NCBI GenBank assembly: GCA_001643675.2
Contig: LSRY02000038.1
Location: 496,001 to 560,000 of the forward strand
Direction: 5' to 3'
Origin: Monocercomonoides exilis PA203
Taxonomy: Eukaryota; Protista; Preaxostyla
DNA: 64,000 nucleotides
Part shown: positions 27,230 to 39,934 of the stretch, piece by piece
Numbering within the stretch: position 1 is the first letter of the stretch
How the letters are laid out: the number at the start of each line of letters is the position of its first letter
The notes under the pieces: model-generated
The model's database searches: none
Told to the model about the DNA's origin: nothing
What the model saw: only the letters and a program-made list of their open reading frames with translations
Made by a program: the position numbers and the translations under genes

Positions 27230-30200
27230 GGCATAGGTCTGAATCGTACCATTTTGTTGAAGCTACTAAAATTTTTGAATTTTATTTTAAATTAATTGTT
27301 ATAATTAATTGAAACTCAAATCGATCGGAATGAAGCAAAATAATAATGTTGAAAAACTCCATGAAAATTTTAAGATCATGTCCCATAATATTTTCTTTTT
27401 GAAGGCAAGATATTTATTATTCAATTTTTAGATTTTGTGGAGTTTAAAACGATTTTTCAATGCTATATTTGAAGAAAAGGTTTATTTTTATTGTTAGAGT
27501 TAGAAAGTTGAATCCTATATATTCTTTTATCTATCATTATTCTTTCTTATTAAGAAAATACTTTATATGTCCGCTTTTGCGTAAAAATGTATTTGTGAAA
27601 CAGTGGAAATGCAAAACACAAGTTGATGAATGCATGTCTAATGGTATATATATAAATTTTTATTGATATTAAAGATTATTAAAAAATCAATTATTTATTT
27701 TTTGTTGTTTCAATATAGAAACATTTATTTTGCATTTGGCTTCTGAAAAAAGTTTCGATTTTTAATGAAACCTTCAATTCTTTGTTTATGAACGCAATGG
27801 TAATGTTGGAAAAGGCGAATCGCGGTTTCAGAAAGGAGGAAAGGAAAGAAGGATTGGAATGTGTGTTGAAAAGATAGTATTTTCGGAAAGGATTTGAAAA
27901 ACATGAATGAGAGGACTGCACAAAAGGAAAAATTTGAAAGGTTGATGAATCAAATAAAACAGTGGAAACAACGGAGAAGAAGAAGAAATACATAGTTGGA
28001 AGACTTTTTTCAAGAGGACATTATAGAAGATAAATAGTATGAAAATAAATGGATTGGGGCTTGAATGCGCTGCGGAAATGAAGTGGAAGTAGGAGTAGTG
28101 AAACGGATGGGTTGAAGAAGGCACAGAATATTCTGAAAAGTTTGCCAAGCATGCAAAAGGCTTATAATTGGAATGATGTTTTATGTGAAGTTTGGAAAAG
28201 AAGAAGAAAGAGAAGAAAGAGAGGAAAAAGAATCGCAAAGTGGAAATGTTGAGGAGGGAAAAAAAAATAGGGTGAGGAATGTTTGTGGGAAAGATGGTTT
28301 TATTCACTGCAAGGTTGCAGGCAATGATGAAGGAGGCGATAGATGCTGTGTGTTTCGGAGCAGAAAGGTTGAGAAAAGCAGACAGAAGAAAGAGAGAGGA
28401 TGATGAATGGCAGGTTGTTGGGGGGGTGAGAATGAAGCGGAGGAAAGGATGCTGGATGGGCATATAGCTGATGGAGCAGATGTGTTTGTTGAGTGAAGCT
28501 GAGGGGCAGGTTTTTTATTGGAAGGGAGAGGAAAGAAGAGGGAGATGGAGAACACATGGAGGGTGAGGGGTTTATTGAAACAAGAGAAGGAAGATGAAGG
28601 AAAGGGGGCATAAGAATTGTGCTATGAACAGAGTAGATGGATCTGCCTTCGGAAATTCACAGAAAATTGTTTTGTGATGTTTTGAGAGATTTCGATCTTT
28701 GAATTCTTAGTTTTTTCTCATTCAAATTGTTGGTTTTCTTTTAATTCAGAACCATTCTGAGCTTGCACATTTTTGTTCGTTTTTTCTTTCATTCACTTGA
28801 TGTTTGCGCCATGTTTGATGAATTTTTCACAAAAATGTTTTGTTTTGTTTTTGTTTTGGATTTTGTTACGAATTTGTGAAATTTCATTTTTAAAGAAAAC
28901 ATTAATTCTAACATTTTGTCGTTTTAAAAGTATTCTTTTTTTTTTTAATGGAAATAAAAAGTTCAATAAATGAGTGAAGAATATTAATAAAAAGAAAAAA
29001 AGCACTTTTCGTTTCAGAAACAGCCATTTCCAGGATCAGGTTTTGCGCACAGTTCCCTTTAAGAGCCAAACTCTATCGTTGAGGAGATGCAATTCAATTG
29101 ACTTTTTTTGTCTCCACGCCGACCATCAACAGCCGTGACATCAGCACCACAAACACTGAAAATGAATCACATTTCCTGAAGAAACACTCGTGGTGATAAC
29201 AACATCCTCCAATGAGAGTGACCCGCTCCCATCAGACACCACAACCACGCTTGGCGAAGAATCTGCTGTTGAGTTGCAATCAACCTTCAAGTGCAATAAA
29301 CCAATGTGACCTGTCGAAACACTGAACAGCGATCCGGTTGGTGAAAGTGCTCCTGTTCCAATCGAACTCTCCGTCCTCCCTTTCCCAATGACTGAAATCT
29401 TCTTTTCTCCCATTGCAATGGTTGCTGTCTCACTTGTATGATTCCCGCACATCAGCGTGACTGATGAGCTCAGCTCTTCCAAGCCCGTCTCCACTGCGTG
29501 TCCCACCGTCTGACATGGAGCCGATTCGCCCATTCCACACAGCCCGCTCGAGTCGCTTCCATTTACCCCCACAAACAGAACCTTCGACCATTCGTTCAGC
29601 CAATCCTTTTTTGATGTTTGGACATATGACCAAGAGCCTGATGGATTATGCACATAGCACACTCTCTTCTCGTCTGTGTTTGTGGTGTAGCATTCATAAA
29701 ATGGATTGTCTGAATTCAAAATGATATTATAATAATCCAGATATACAATGTCGTGGCCAAGTGGAGAATTGGCTGAGCATTTGCATTCGTGGAAGAAAAG
29801 AAAATAACAATAAACTCTATCTTTTGATGCTGTTTGTTGATTTGGATATAAAAGCAAACCTCCGCCATATCCCATCGCCGAGCATGAAATAAACTGAATG
29901 CTCCTCATTTTGAATGCTGCAGGAACATTGCAACAATACAACCCTCCACCCCAAGTCGATAAAAGCGAAAACGAAGTGAAACTGCACTCAAACACACATT
30001 AGCTCACTCCTTCTCCATCTTCTTCATAGATGCACCCTGATCCAGGTCCACTGATATTGTAAAATCTCAAACCTTCCCCATCGTAGCGAGCCTTGCACAT
30101 CTAGAAGCTGCACCCACTTACAAGGGCACATGAAATTATTTCGCAAGCACACACCCCTCCTCCTCCATATAAAAAAAGTGCATGATATGAATTAAAGGCA

Positions 30201-30792
30201 TTGTTAACAATTTTAACAGACTTAACATTAAAACAATGAACTCCTCCTTCAATACTAAAAAAACACAATTATAAAGAAAACTTTGTGAAACCGAAACTGT
30301 TATTGATGGCTGAACACTTATGAAAATTGAACATCTGAAAAAGAATTGTATTCCCACGAATAATTCGTTTCTGTTGTTTTTGATCCATTACGCGCACACG
30401 AAATAAATGAGTTCGTCCAATAACTGAAACGGTTGTTGCATCTCGCATTTGTTGACTATTTTTTCAGTTATAAAGATTGCGAAAAGCAACAGCCTTCTTT
30501 TCCGAAGATCAAAAAAATAGAAATCATAAATTTAAATGAATATAAAATCAAATATGCATTCTCAACATGCAATAACTCATAAAAAGAGCATTGAATTTAA
30601 AAAACTCCCTGTGTAATAGAGAAAACATTTTATTGTGGAACACGGATCACTTGAATTTTTTATAGTTTTTCAACATAAATATTTTGCTTCATTCCGATTG
30701 ATCTCAGTTAACATTAATTATAACAATTAATAATAAACAAATTTCAGAGTTTCTAGTGGCTTTAACAAAATGGTACGATTCAGACCTATGCC
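27230..30792. mobile_element. Pack-type non-autonomous element 1 (GGCATAGGT ends, 8-bp TSD; Merlin- or Mutator-like)
   Basis: TIR GGCATAGGTCTGAATCGTACCATTTTGTT is identical for 29 bp and similar for at least ~160 bp. TSD AAATTTAA at 27222-27229 and 30793-30800. No transposase inside. Confidence 0.92.
29100..30420 (-). pseudogene. Fragment of the surface-receptor gene family (cargo of element 1)
   Basis: ORF 29141..29995 (KMRSIQFISC, YFLFFHECKCSA, DNPFYECYTTNTD, SLSLEDVVI) closely matches ~53490-54330 of the 2808-aa gene. Degenerate upstream and truncated downstream. Confidence 0.92.
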
Positions 30793-31129
30793 AAATTTAA
30801 TTTTTGAATTAATTAATTTTGGGTCAATTTTTTCGATTTTTGAAAAAACTTGACAAATACACATTTTTCAATAGAAATAACAATTTTTATTTTTTTATTA
30901 TATTATTCAGACTTATTTTAACATTATTTTGAAAAATCGATTTTTTTGTAAATTTTGATCAAAAAACCGATTTTTCATTGAAAAAGTCACCCATTATAAT
31001 TTAAAAAATGATTATATATTTTCATCCCTGTGATTATATGTGATGAAAAATGAATGAAAAACAAGCAAAAAATGTCAGTGCATCGAAAAATGTGACTATA
31101 TACGAATGTGATTATATTCGACGTGATTA

Positions 31130-31525
31130 CAGATATCGCATAAAATACCGGACATCGCACAAAATACCGGACAAGATCGATATCTTAATAATCGCAAGAA
31201 GAAAAATTCTGATAATTTTCCTCAAAATATATTTCATCAATACAAACTCACGTGACATACAAAACTTTCAGGACTGCTTCGCTTGAGCTCAGAAAAAATA
31301 TTTATCGCAATTTCGGAGAAACTTAAAATCCTATTTCTCCGAGATTTCGAGAAATATTTTTTCTGAGCTCAAGCGAAGCAGTCCTGAAAGTTTTGTATGT
31401 CACGTGAGTTTGTATTGATGAAATATATTTTGAGGAAAATTATCAGAATTATTTCTCTTACAGTTATTGTGAAATCGATCTTGTCCGGTATTTTGTGCGA
31501 TGTCCGGTATTTTATGCGATATCTG
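31130..31525. mobile_element. 396-bp foldback MITE (near-perfect palindrome), TA TSD
   Basis: TA|CAGATATCGCATAAAATACCGGAC...GTCCGGTATTTTATGCGATATCTG|TA, with ~190-bp arms around a ~12-nt loop (31322-31333). Confidence 0.92.
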
Positions 31526-33794
31526 TATATCCGGTTTAGACTGTATTTTTTTATTTTCATCTATCACTTCTTTTGATTAATAATCTATAAAAGTTCTTTT
31601 TTGAATTATTTGTTTTTAAATCGTAATAATCGACAAACTGTAAATTTCTTGTTAAATATCTTGCATTACTATCATATTTGTGTTTTTGAATTTTTGTTAA
31701 TTGTTTGTTTTCAACCAATATTTTATGATCTTCTATTTCAATTTTAAAATTTCTATGCAATTACATCATAAAACTTATTTCTATATAAAAAATCGATTGA
31801 TTACGTATTGTTATTATAGTTCTTATGTTTTAGAAACCAGTGAACATATGTTTTGTTCAATTTATTGAATTCTCGATATCTTCGAATATTTTTAATAATT
31901 TTTTGAAAATAAGTAACAAAAACGATTGGAAACAAATTGAAAACAACAAATAATTAATAATCATAATATATTAAACTATATTTTCATGAAAATAAAAATA
32001 AAAATTTTCAAATAAACCGCACCCTTAATGAAAAATAATTATGATCAAAGTTCGTAATTTTTTATGATATCAAAAAAAATCTCCCACGTTGGAAGTTGTT
32101 AACGAAAAATAATGGATTTCTTTCATCCCATCAAACGAATGTTGATCGCTCGTTAAGTAATATGGGGGAAAATACGGACTTTCAAGCTTTTTATGCAAAA
32201 AGCAAGAAAAAATTGTTTAACTTGAATCATTATAAAACTGTTTCAAATTTCAAAATAAATTTGATTTTCATATCTGTAAACAAACATCATTGATTAAAAA
32301 ACATTATGTTTTGCGACCTCAAACGTATTACAAAAAATGGACACGTTTTAAAAGTGATTTTTCATCACAAAGAGTTAATCAAAAGTAAATAATTTTTCAA
32401 TGATAATTGCTGAAGTGTAATGTTCTGTTCCATATTTCTAAAAGCAGTTTAACTGAAAGTGATAGTTCAAAAGTTGGAATTGCTCTTCTGCTTTGAATGA
32501 TTAAACAAATAAAAAAATAAAAATGTCATAATATTTTTAATTACTCAAATCAAACTCACTTTTCACTTATTTTTCACTCATTTTTAACAACAAATAATCG
32601 CAATAAGAACAAAATAAATCAACCTAATCATTGGAAGTTGCTTTTTCTGTAAAAAAAAGTCGGACCCAATATGTCACACTTCTCCACATGTGCACTATCG
32701 ACAAAAACTTTTCTAATTTTTGTTGAACATGGAAATGATAACTGCATAAACGATTATGGAGTCATGGTTAAAAAAAATAAATAAATGACTTAGAAATTTC
32801 ATGAAAACAAAAGTACTTTTTTCAAAAAAAATTTTTTTTCGATTATCAGAGATAAAGCTTTGTCTGATAAAATAACTCAGTTTGCGATGTGAGATGAAAT
32901 AAACAGCAACAGAATAAAACAAAACAAAAAACAAATAAACTTTCCCGTTTGATGCTTTTCGAAACGCGCAGAGACCGCTGAAAGCAACACAAAGCTTTGA
33001 TGCCAGTATCGCTTCACTTCTTCAACATTTAACACCACCGCGCTATCGTCCAGGATAAGTACCATTTCTCCATCAGACGCTGCAGTCACTCAAAAGCAAT
33101 AAAATTGTAACTCTGTTACAACCAATTAAAAAAAAAATATTGCATTGACGATGCAAAAAACAGCTTCAATTGTTGTTTCCGAAAAAAATACATCCAAGTG
33201 AAAGAATTTGCTCCAATTCCTCTCACATCCATTCCTTGTCCTTTGCAACTGTTTTCTCCAGAACGCAACAATTGCTGCTCCGCCATTTCAATTTAACTTC
33301 ATCAACTACTGCAACTGGCAAGCTCAGCAATGCACTGCACACGCACCAACCGCAATATGCTCACCAATGAGCAACATGCGCTTTTCATATGCAATAAGTG
33401 AACAAGCTATTTCCATTTGTAAAAATACTCTTCATTTAAATAAATTATTGCTCATTTCTGAAAAATCATTCAATTCACCATCCTTCTGGAATGTTTGCCT
33501 ATAAAATAGATATTTCAAATGCAAACACATTATCACAATAAATACAAACTTCAAAGCACCTTTACACTCTTTTGAATGAAAATGAATTGATCTGATATAT
33601 ATTTACATAAAACACTCCCATTTGTGTCGAAAAAACTGTTAGATATTCGTAACTACATGACTGAATATAAACATGCAGTTGATGGTTATTGAAAAGACAA
33701 ACAGAAAACAGAAAAAGAACTTTTTGATCAATTCCATATACATATTAAGCAACATTCGATCCAATTTGTTGATTTATTTGTTAGCTCTGCAAAG

Positions 33795-35099
33795 ATGTTC
33801 CAAAAATGTGTTCTGTTCGTGGCTGTGATGTCCGTTTGCGCGCAGGAGGAAGGAGCGTTGCCCGTGGCGACGGTGTATTTGGAGCATGACGGAGAGGCGA
33901 GCGAGCGAGGAGCGTTTTATCGGGGCGAGGTGAGCACGCTGAAAGGAGCATATGAAAAGCTGGGAGGGGAAGAGGCCAGCTGCATAAGGGTTGTCCGGGA
34001 CGAAAGGGCGTATGTGGCAGAAGAGCTGCGGATCAGGAACAACGGGGGAATAACGTTTGAAGGAGTGAACAAAGCGAGAGACGGAAGCGAGGAAGCAGCG
34101 ATCGACTGCGATGTGCGTGCGCGGTCGGCTCTGTTCACGTGCGAGAAGGTGGTGCAGTTCAGGTATTTGGGATTCGAGTTTCCAGCGTCAAGCACGAAGT
34201 GGGAAGCGTTGATAAAAGCGAATGAAATGTCGACGTCGCTCACGATCAGCAACTGCCGATTTGTGAGGGTCGGGGCACAGGCGCGAGGAGAAATGGTTGC
34301 GCTGGCTGAGGAAGAAGGGTCTTTGGAAAAAAGCCTTGTGAGGGCATTTGCCGGGTCAGTTGCGTTGAACACTGTTTCGTGCACAGATGCCAGCAGCACA
34401 GCTTTGTTTTCGCTGTCTCCGTTTTATTTTGAAGGCGTGAGCGCAGTGTCGCTGAATGGGGTGGAGATCAGTCAAGTGGCAGTTCAAAATGGAGCAGCGA
34501 TAGGCATTTTCGACAAAAGCGACAAGCCATCGGCAGTTGTTATTGAAGGACTGGATGTCCAAGAGGTGAATGCAGAGAATGGAGCAGCAGCAGGCTTGGA
34601 GATATCTTTGATTTCGGAGGAGTCGACCGTGGCGATTGGAAGGACGAGCAAGTGCACATTCAAGTTTTGCAGAGCAGCTGGAGGAAAGGCTGGGGCAATG
34701 CTGATCAGCGTGGCAAAGGCAACATCGAATCTTCAGCTTCCGTCAGCCAGCAACCTGGAGATAGACAGCACAAACACAGCGAATTCAACAGCAAGATCGA
34801 TATTCATTGTTGCGCCAGATTTTGAAGAGTTCAGCAAACAGGAAGATGCATTTGAGTTTGCGAGCGATTTTGATGAATCAGCAAGTGGGTGGGTTGTTGG
34901 GGCAGCAGATGGAGAAGCAGATGGAGAAGCAGAGCTTGTGGATGTGTATGAGCATGTCAAGGGGAACACAGATGGCCATCCGAAGACCACTTCTTCAAAA
35001 AACGACGATTCATCAAGCTTATCGCTTATGATCTCCATTAATGTTCCAATAGGATTTGTGATATTAGTTATTGTGATTTGCTGCTGCGTCTGCCGTTAA
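33795..35099 (+). CDS. Predicted single-pass surface protein (434 aa)
   Basis: GC-richer open frame. Signal-peptide-like N-terminus MFQKCVLFVAVMSVCA, beta-rich ectodomain, and C-terminal hydrophobic segment followed by CCCVCR. Confidence 0.75.
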   Translation: MFQKCVLFVAVMSVCAQEEGALPVATVYLEHDGEASERGAFYRGEVSTLKGAYEKLGGEEASCIRVVRDERAYVAEELRIRNNGGITFEGVNKARDGSEEAAIDCDVRARSALFTCEKVVQFRYLGFEFPASSTKWEALIKANEMSTSLTISNCRFVRVGAQARGEMVALAEEEGSLEKSLVRAFAGSVALNTVSCTDASSTALFSLSPFYFEGVSAVSLNGVEISQVAVQNGAAIGIFDKSDKPSAVVIEGLDVQEVNAENGAAAGLEISLISEESTVAIGRTSKCTFKFCRAAGGKAGAMLISVAKATSNLQLPSASNLEIDSTNTANSTARSIFIVAPDFEEFSKQEDAFEFASDFDESASGWVVGAADGEADGEAELVDVYEHVKGNTDGHPKTTSSKNDDSSSLSLMISINVPIGFVILVIVICCCVCR

Positions 35100-35456
35100 A
35101 ATTGGAGAAAGCAAGCTGAAGTTGCAGAGGCATAACAAAGAAACAAGAAATGAGCAGCAAGAAGCTGAGTTGAATTCGCAACGTTGTGAAAAACTTTTTG
35201 AAAAGATTTTTTTTTCCATCGTTTTGATCATCTACAAAGAGTTCATTGGAAGATTATGAACTTGATACGCACCTCGTTTTTTATTTTTTATGTTATAATT
35301 TTTTGTGAATGTTTTGTTTTCTATATTTGTTTTCGATTTCCATTTTTCAGCTGATTTTGGCATTTTTATGTTTGAATTTTTTTTGAATTTTTCAAAAGGA
35401 TTCATTTTTGTTTGAATGTTTCATGATTTGCCAGTCAGCACAATTTAAGCGATAAA

Positions 35457-35488
<32 letters not shown>

Positions 35489-37877
35489 GTTATTGTTGTT
35501 TTAAGCAGAAATAACATTTCATGCATTTCTATTGCAACATCTTTTTATTTTTTTTCAGTGTTGTTCTTGTTTGTGAACTGAATTTTTGGCATTTCGGAAC
35601 ACTCAAGAAATAGCCGAAAACAAAAGGTGAGAACGAGAAATAATTGTGTTTTGCAGCAAATGGGTTTGGATGGACGATTCTGTTGTGCATGGCAAAGAAA
35701 AACACAAATTTGCAATCTTTCGATGAAAAAGGAAAAACACTCCTTGTTTTGGAACCAGGCTGTGAGAGTTTCATTCAGAAATCAAAAATGATCAGATCCT
35801 TGCTATTTCAATCATGTTGGTTTTCAGGAAACGAAGAAATCAAACGTATTTTCAAGGGATTGCTTTCAGATTTTTATATGATGTTTGTTTTCTTTCATGT
35901 TCGTACAATCGATTGAATAGGATTTTTTTCAAGCTCAGATATTTGAAGATACATGACTGATTGAAAGCGTGTGATAGAAACACAGCAAAAGAAGACGGCG
36001 GGTTGATTTCCGAGGAGAATGATTTTCATTTGTGAGATTTTGTCTGTTGATTGTCGTGATGCTATTTTTGATGGTTTTCACCAACTTTTTGCTGAAAAGC
36101 AAACTTTTTTATTGCAGATTTGAAGAGCTGAAGGCCAAGAAGATAATCCACAAAGAAAAAGTGCAACAAACTGAAATTTCGATTGTTCTCCATCACTTCT
36201 CGGTTCTATCTGAGATATTACCAATTTCTTCACACCCGAACGAAGATATTCTTCAACAAAAGGAAAAGCCAAAAACGAATGTTTTCAGAAGGTACTGTTG
36301 GAATATCAGGAAGGAGCATCTTCGAATCTGTTGCGTCGCTTGCCCCTTTCTCCAGCATTTTCGTTGAAACAGGAAAAGACCAAGAGATTGGGGATTTATT
36401 TGGCTGCGAAGAGAAAAACATATCTATAAAAACAGAGGAGAGTTGATGGAAATGGAAAAAATGAGTAGAACAAAGGAAACGAATATTTTTTTTGAAGAAG
36501 AAATAAAAAGATTGGCAGAAGCGAAACGCCTGAAACTGTTTGAAGAGACATCAACGTTGCCATCGTGAAGGCTTTTGAAGAAAGTTTGAAATGTGCAGAA
36601 GAGAAAGAATTGGGGAACGTCATTGAAATGTGAGCATAAGAATTGTTGCGGAACTGCAGAAAGAAGAAGGAGAAAGACAAAGAGGAGGAAGGAAACGGAA
36701 AAAGAGTACTCAAACAGTCTGAAAGCGGGGCATTCCTGCCTTTTATTGAATGATGAGCAGCCTGAGAAGAGCTAAGAAAAGAAAAAGAGGAGCAGAAAGC
36801 ACTTTGCAGTTGGGGAACAGAAAAATGTGGCTGGACATGAGGCACACTGAACAACACACAAAGGATGTTTGATTTGACGAAATGGAGAGAGAGAAAGATA
36901 AACGAGAAGAAAAAGAAGTTGCTTTCGCCTGAAGAGACTGAAGAAGACAATTCGACGCTTTTTGATTTTGTTGCCAAGCGAAGACCCTTTTTGAAAGAGG
37001 ACATTCATTTTGCTTGGAACACCCGCTTCAGAAGGGCAGAACATGCTGATTGAGACACATATAGTAACCACTTCCATTTGGCATCGAATCTTTCATGCAA
37101 CACGTCAAATGCTGTGCAAAGAGTGCCATTTGCATCAAATAATCAACTTTCTCTGAACATTCTTCTTTAAACAAGGCCAGCATCTTCTCGCTTGGTTCGA
37201 CTTCACTTCAACGTGCATTGACAGAAGAATATCTTTCATTCTCTGTGCCGTCTTCTTTTCTTCTTCTTCCTCATGCTTTGCCATGAAATTCCATTCGTTG
37301 ACAATTTATTCGAATTCATCTTCAGCTTTCTTTTTTCTGCTTTTCGAGTTATCTTTTGGAATTTATTTGAGAATTATTCTTCGTCTCCATTGAACGAGGC
37401 AATGAAGGATGACAATCAACAAAAGAAGTTGCAAACGGAAGAGATGCAAATCCCCCACCAGCCATTCCATCCAACTTTAAAGAGAGAAAGATAATCATTC
37501 AAAAATGAGTTTGAGTCCGTTTATTCTTTTTCATTGAATGTCTTCAAACACGTTCAGTGCGTTATCTATTTTGTTTCTTCTTCACTTCCATCTTCGAAGA
37601 ACACACAGACGAGGATTTGAAAGAAGATACTTTTTGAAAAGACGAAGGAAAGAAAGGAGGAAGAAACAGTCAGAGAGAAAGAGTGATTCAGACAGCGATG
37701 AAGATGGATGAATTTTTGGTGAGAAAGACGTTTAACGAGATTGACGTGCCTGTTGAGCAAACATAGCACATGGAAATGGAGCATTTTCAGGTGATGAAAG
37801 AGAAAAGCAGAAATAAAACAGTTTCACAAAAAGCATTTCATTTCCGAAATAATAAATAAAATAAATATTCTGAAAAA

Positions 37878-39154
37878 TCAAACAATAATCTGATGATAAC
37901 GTTTGAAATAGCCAGGGAATGACACTCTGAAACCAATCATGATATCGTCGTATCCTTCTTCTTCCATTTTTTCAAATTCCGTTTTTTTTATCTTCCATTT
38001 TGCGGTATTAAATTCCCGATAAGCCTTCCCTCTCAATTTGAAACAGAGCAATGAGAACATAATAAAGCAGCTCCAAGTCGTATCTTCATTTACCAATGGC
38101 TGTCTAATCACGCAATCCAAAGCACACGCAATTGCTCCGCTCTCTATCAAAACATTACTTAGCTCAGTTATCCACAGGACTGGTTTTGCCATGAAATGAA
38201 AAACGAACACGCATTTTCTGCACATCAAGTGTTTGCCATCCTTCGCAGCTTCATACAGCCCAGCAACACGCGCAGCCAATCCAGCGAAGTCTCTCCTATT
38301 CCATCTGAAAAAAACATGGTGAAAAAAGGTTCCAATTGCATCCATCCATCTCTTTATCAAAATGAATTCTTTCGATTTTTCCAGTTCTTTTTCCTTTCTC
38401 GTCCAATCCACACATCTCATCAACTCTTCCAGTTCTCTTGTTGCTTCTGTCGTAAATTGCAGCGTTTTCGCAGCATCCGTGTTCAATTCTTTGTTCAACT
38501 TCAATCTTAAAATCAAAAACTGCCAAGCAGACTGATAGGCCAGACGAGTCAAATTTCGATGCTTTTGATGATGCAGCATGATTTCTGTGATTTCGACGAG
38601 ATACATTTCCTTTTCAATTTTCTATCAATTTTTGTAAAGCAAATAATTGGTTTTAAAAAAAACAGAAATGCTCACACATAATCTTCTCTGATGCAGCTCA
38701 AGGCCAATAAAGCCATTTCCACTTCCTTTTGAGTTTCCTCATTTTCCTCCTTGCTCAATGCAACTTTCAGAAGGCCAGACAAGATAGCTGATATTGATTC
38801 TCCTCTGGAGTTAAAATACCCCTGCAGGATAAGATAGCATTCGTAAAGTTCAACCAAGTGCTTTTCGTTCTTTTCCTCTTTTTTCTCTTCTTCTTCGATT
38901 ATCAAAGCATCAAATTTTTTGCACAGCGAATTGCTGATATCGCTTAAGTTGCAATTGCACTTCAGCGTTCTCCGAAATCCCCACTGCTTCAGCAACAAAA
39001 CCACATCCTCCAACAACAGTGTCTTTTCATCGAGCATTTTGAGGAGTTCGTTGAAAAATTCTGTGCCCAAAATGGAGCACTGCTCTTGCCCGCTCATTTC
39101 CTCTATCATTCCAGTCATTTCATCCATTTTCGCTTTGTGCTCAGAATCTGCCAA
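37878..39154 (-). CDS. Uncharacterised helical protein family member, 2 exons (intron 38622-38677); start uncertain
   Basis: A 56-nt phase-0 intron (GTGTGA...TAG) joins IREDY to KIEKEMY. Motifs KEVEMALLALS, HRNLTRLAYQSAW and KMEEEGY are shared with 49970-51313. Confidence 0.8.
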
Positions 39155-39767
39155 ATTATTCGATTGTGGAAGCGAATCTCAAACATCCAATATCAAAAAA
39201 ATACAACAAAATTAATCATCAAATCAACCACTTTTCAAAGTTCTGGCACACCCAATAATATCTGTTTTGCTGAAAAAGGCCACATAATCGCAGAATTGAA
39301 CGATAAAAACGAAGAAATTTCATTTTCCAAACATTCACAATATATTTTTAAAAATAATACAAAGCACAAGTAAAAATGTGTCATGAAAAAGAACTCAAAA
39401 CTTTTCTCTGCATCATTGTTGTATTTCCCCTCAAGACAAGAAAATTATGAAGCAATAAAACTTCAGTTTATTCAAACAAATTAATAAGGTCCATCAACCT
39501 ATAATTTTATTTTCATTAAATGTTTTGAGATTTTCTTTAGAAAAGAAAAACGATATTCAATTCCTTCTCTTTCATTTGAGATCACGATCAATGGGTCATC
39601 GCCCAGGATCAATGTGGTAGTGATGTGAGGGTTTATGCATTTGTTTGAAAAATCAAAACTTTGCGTTTTTAAAAACAAATTAACGCTAAGAAAAGGAATT
39701 GTGGAACACAAGACAATGTTAAAAACTTATATAAAAGAGGGGTTGGGAGTGAAAACGGTGGTGGGAA

Positions 39768-39872
39768 AAAGAGAAGGAATTGTATATCGTTTTTCTTTTC
39801 TAATAAAAGTGCATAAGCACCTTTATTTTCAAGAAAAACATCCATTCAATTCCTTCTCTTTCATTTGAGATC
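39768..39872. repeat. DIRS internal complementary region (ICR)
   Basis: 39768-39803 is the inverse of 39537-39572 (1 mismatch). 39807-39872 is the inverse of 48015-48080. Confidence 0.88.
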
Positions 39873-39934
39873 CAATGTTAGCTGGGAATTTCTGATACCA
39901 TCATGACTACAGCTTTTGACACTTTCCATTCCTT

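Larger units (their letters stand above)
27123..31543 (+). mobile_element. ~452-bp pogo/Tc1-mariner-type MITE interrupted by two nested insertions
   Basis: TA|CAGTCAAAACCGGATATAATCAC...TATCCGGTTTAGACTG|TA. The pieces 27123-27229, 30801-31129 and 31528-31543 sum to 452 bp and match the uninterrupted 451-bp copy at 61655-62105. Confidence 0.92.

Noticed and set aside
35600-37500. Coding-like degenerate region (also 25900-27050 and 32900-33400)
   Set aside because: Short broken ORFs with no recognisable motif; no product can be supported.
39537-39872. Repeated TTCAATTCCTTCTCTTT units as a CRISPR-like array
   Set aside because: Only three copies in mixed orientation, fully explained by the DIRS ITR/ICR; no cas genes.
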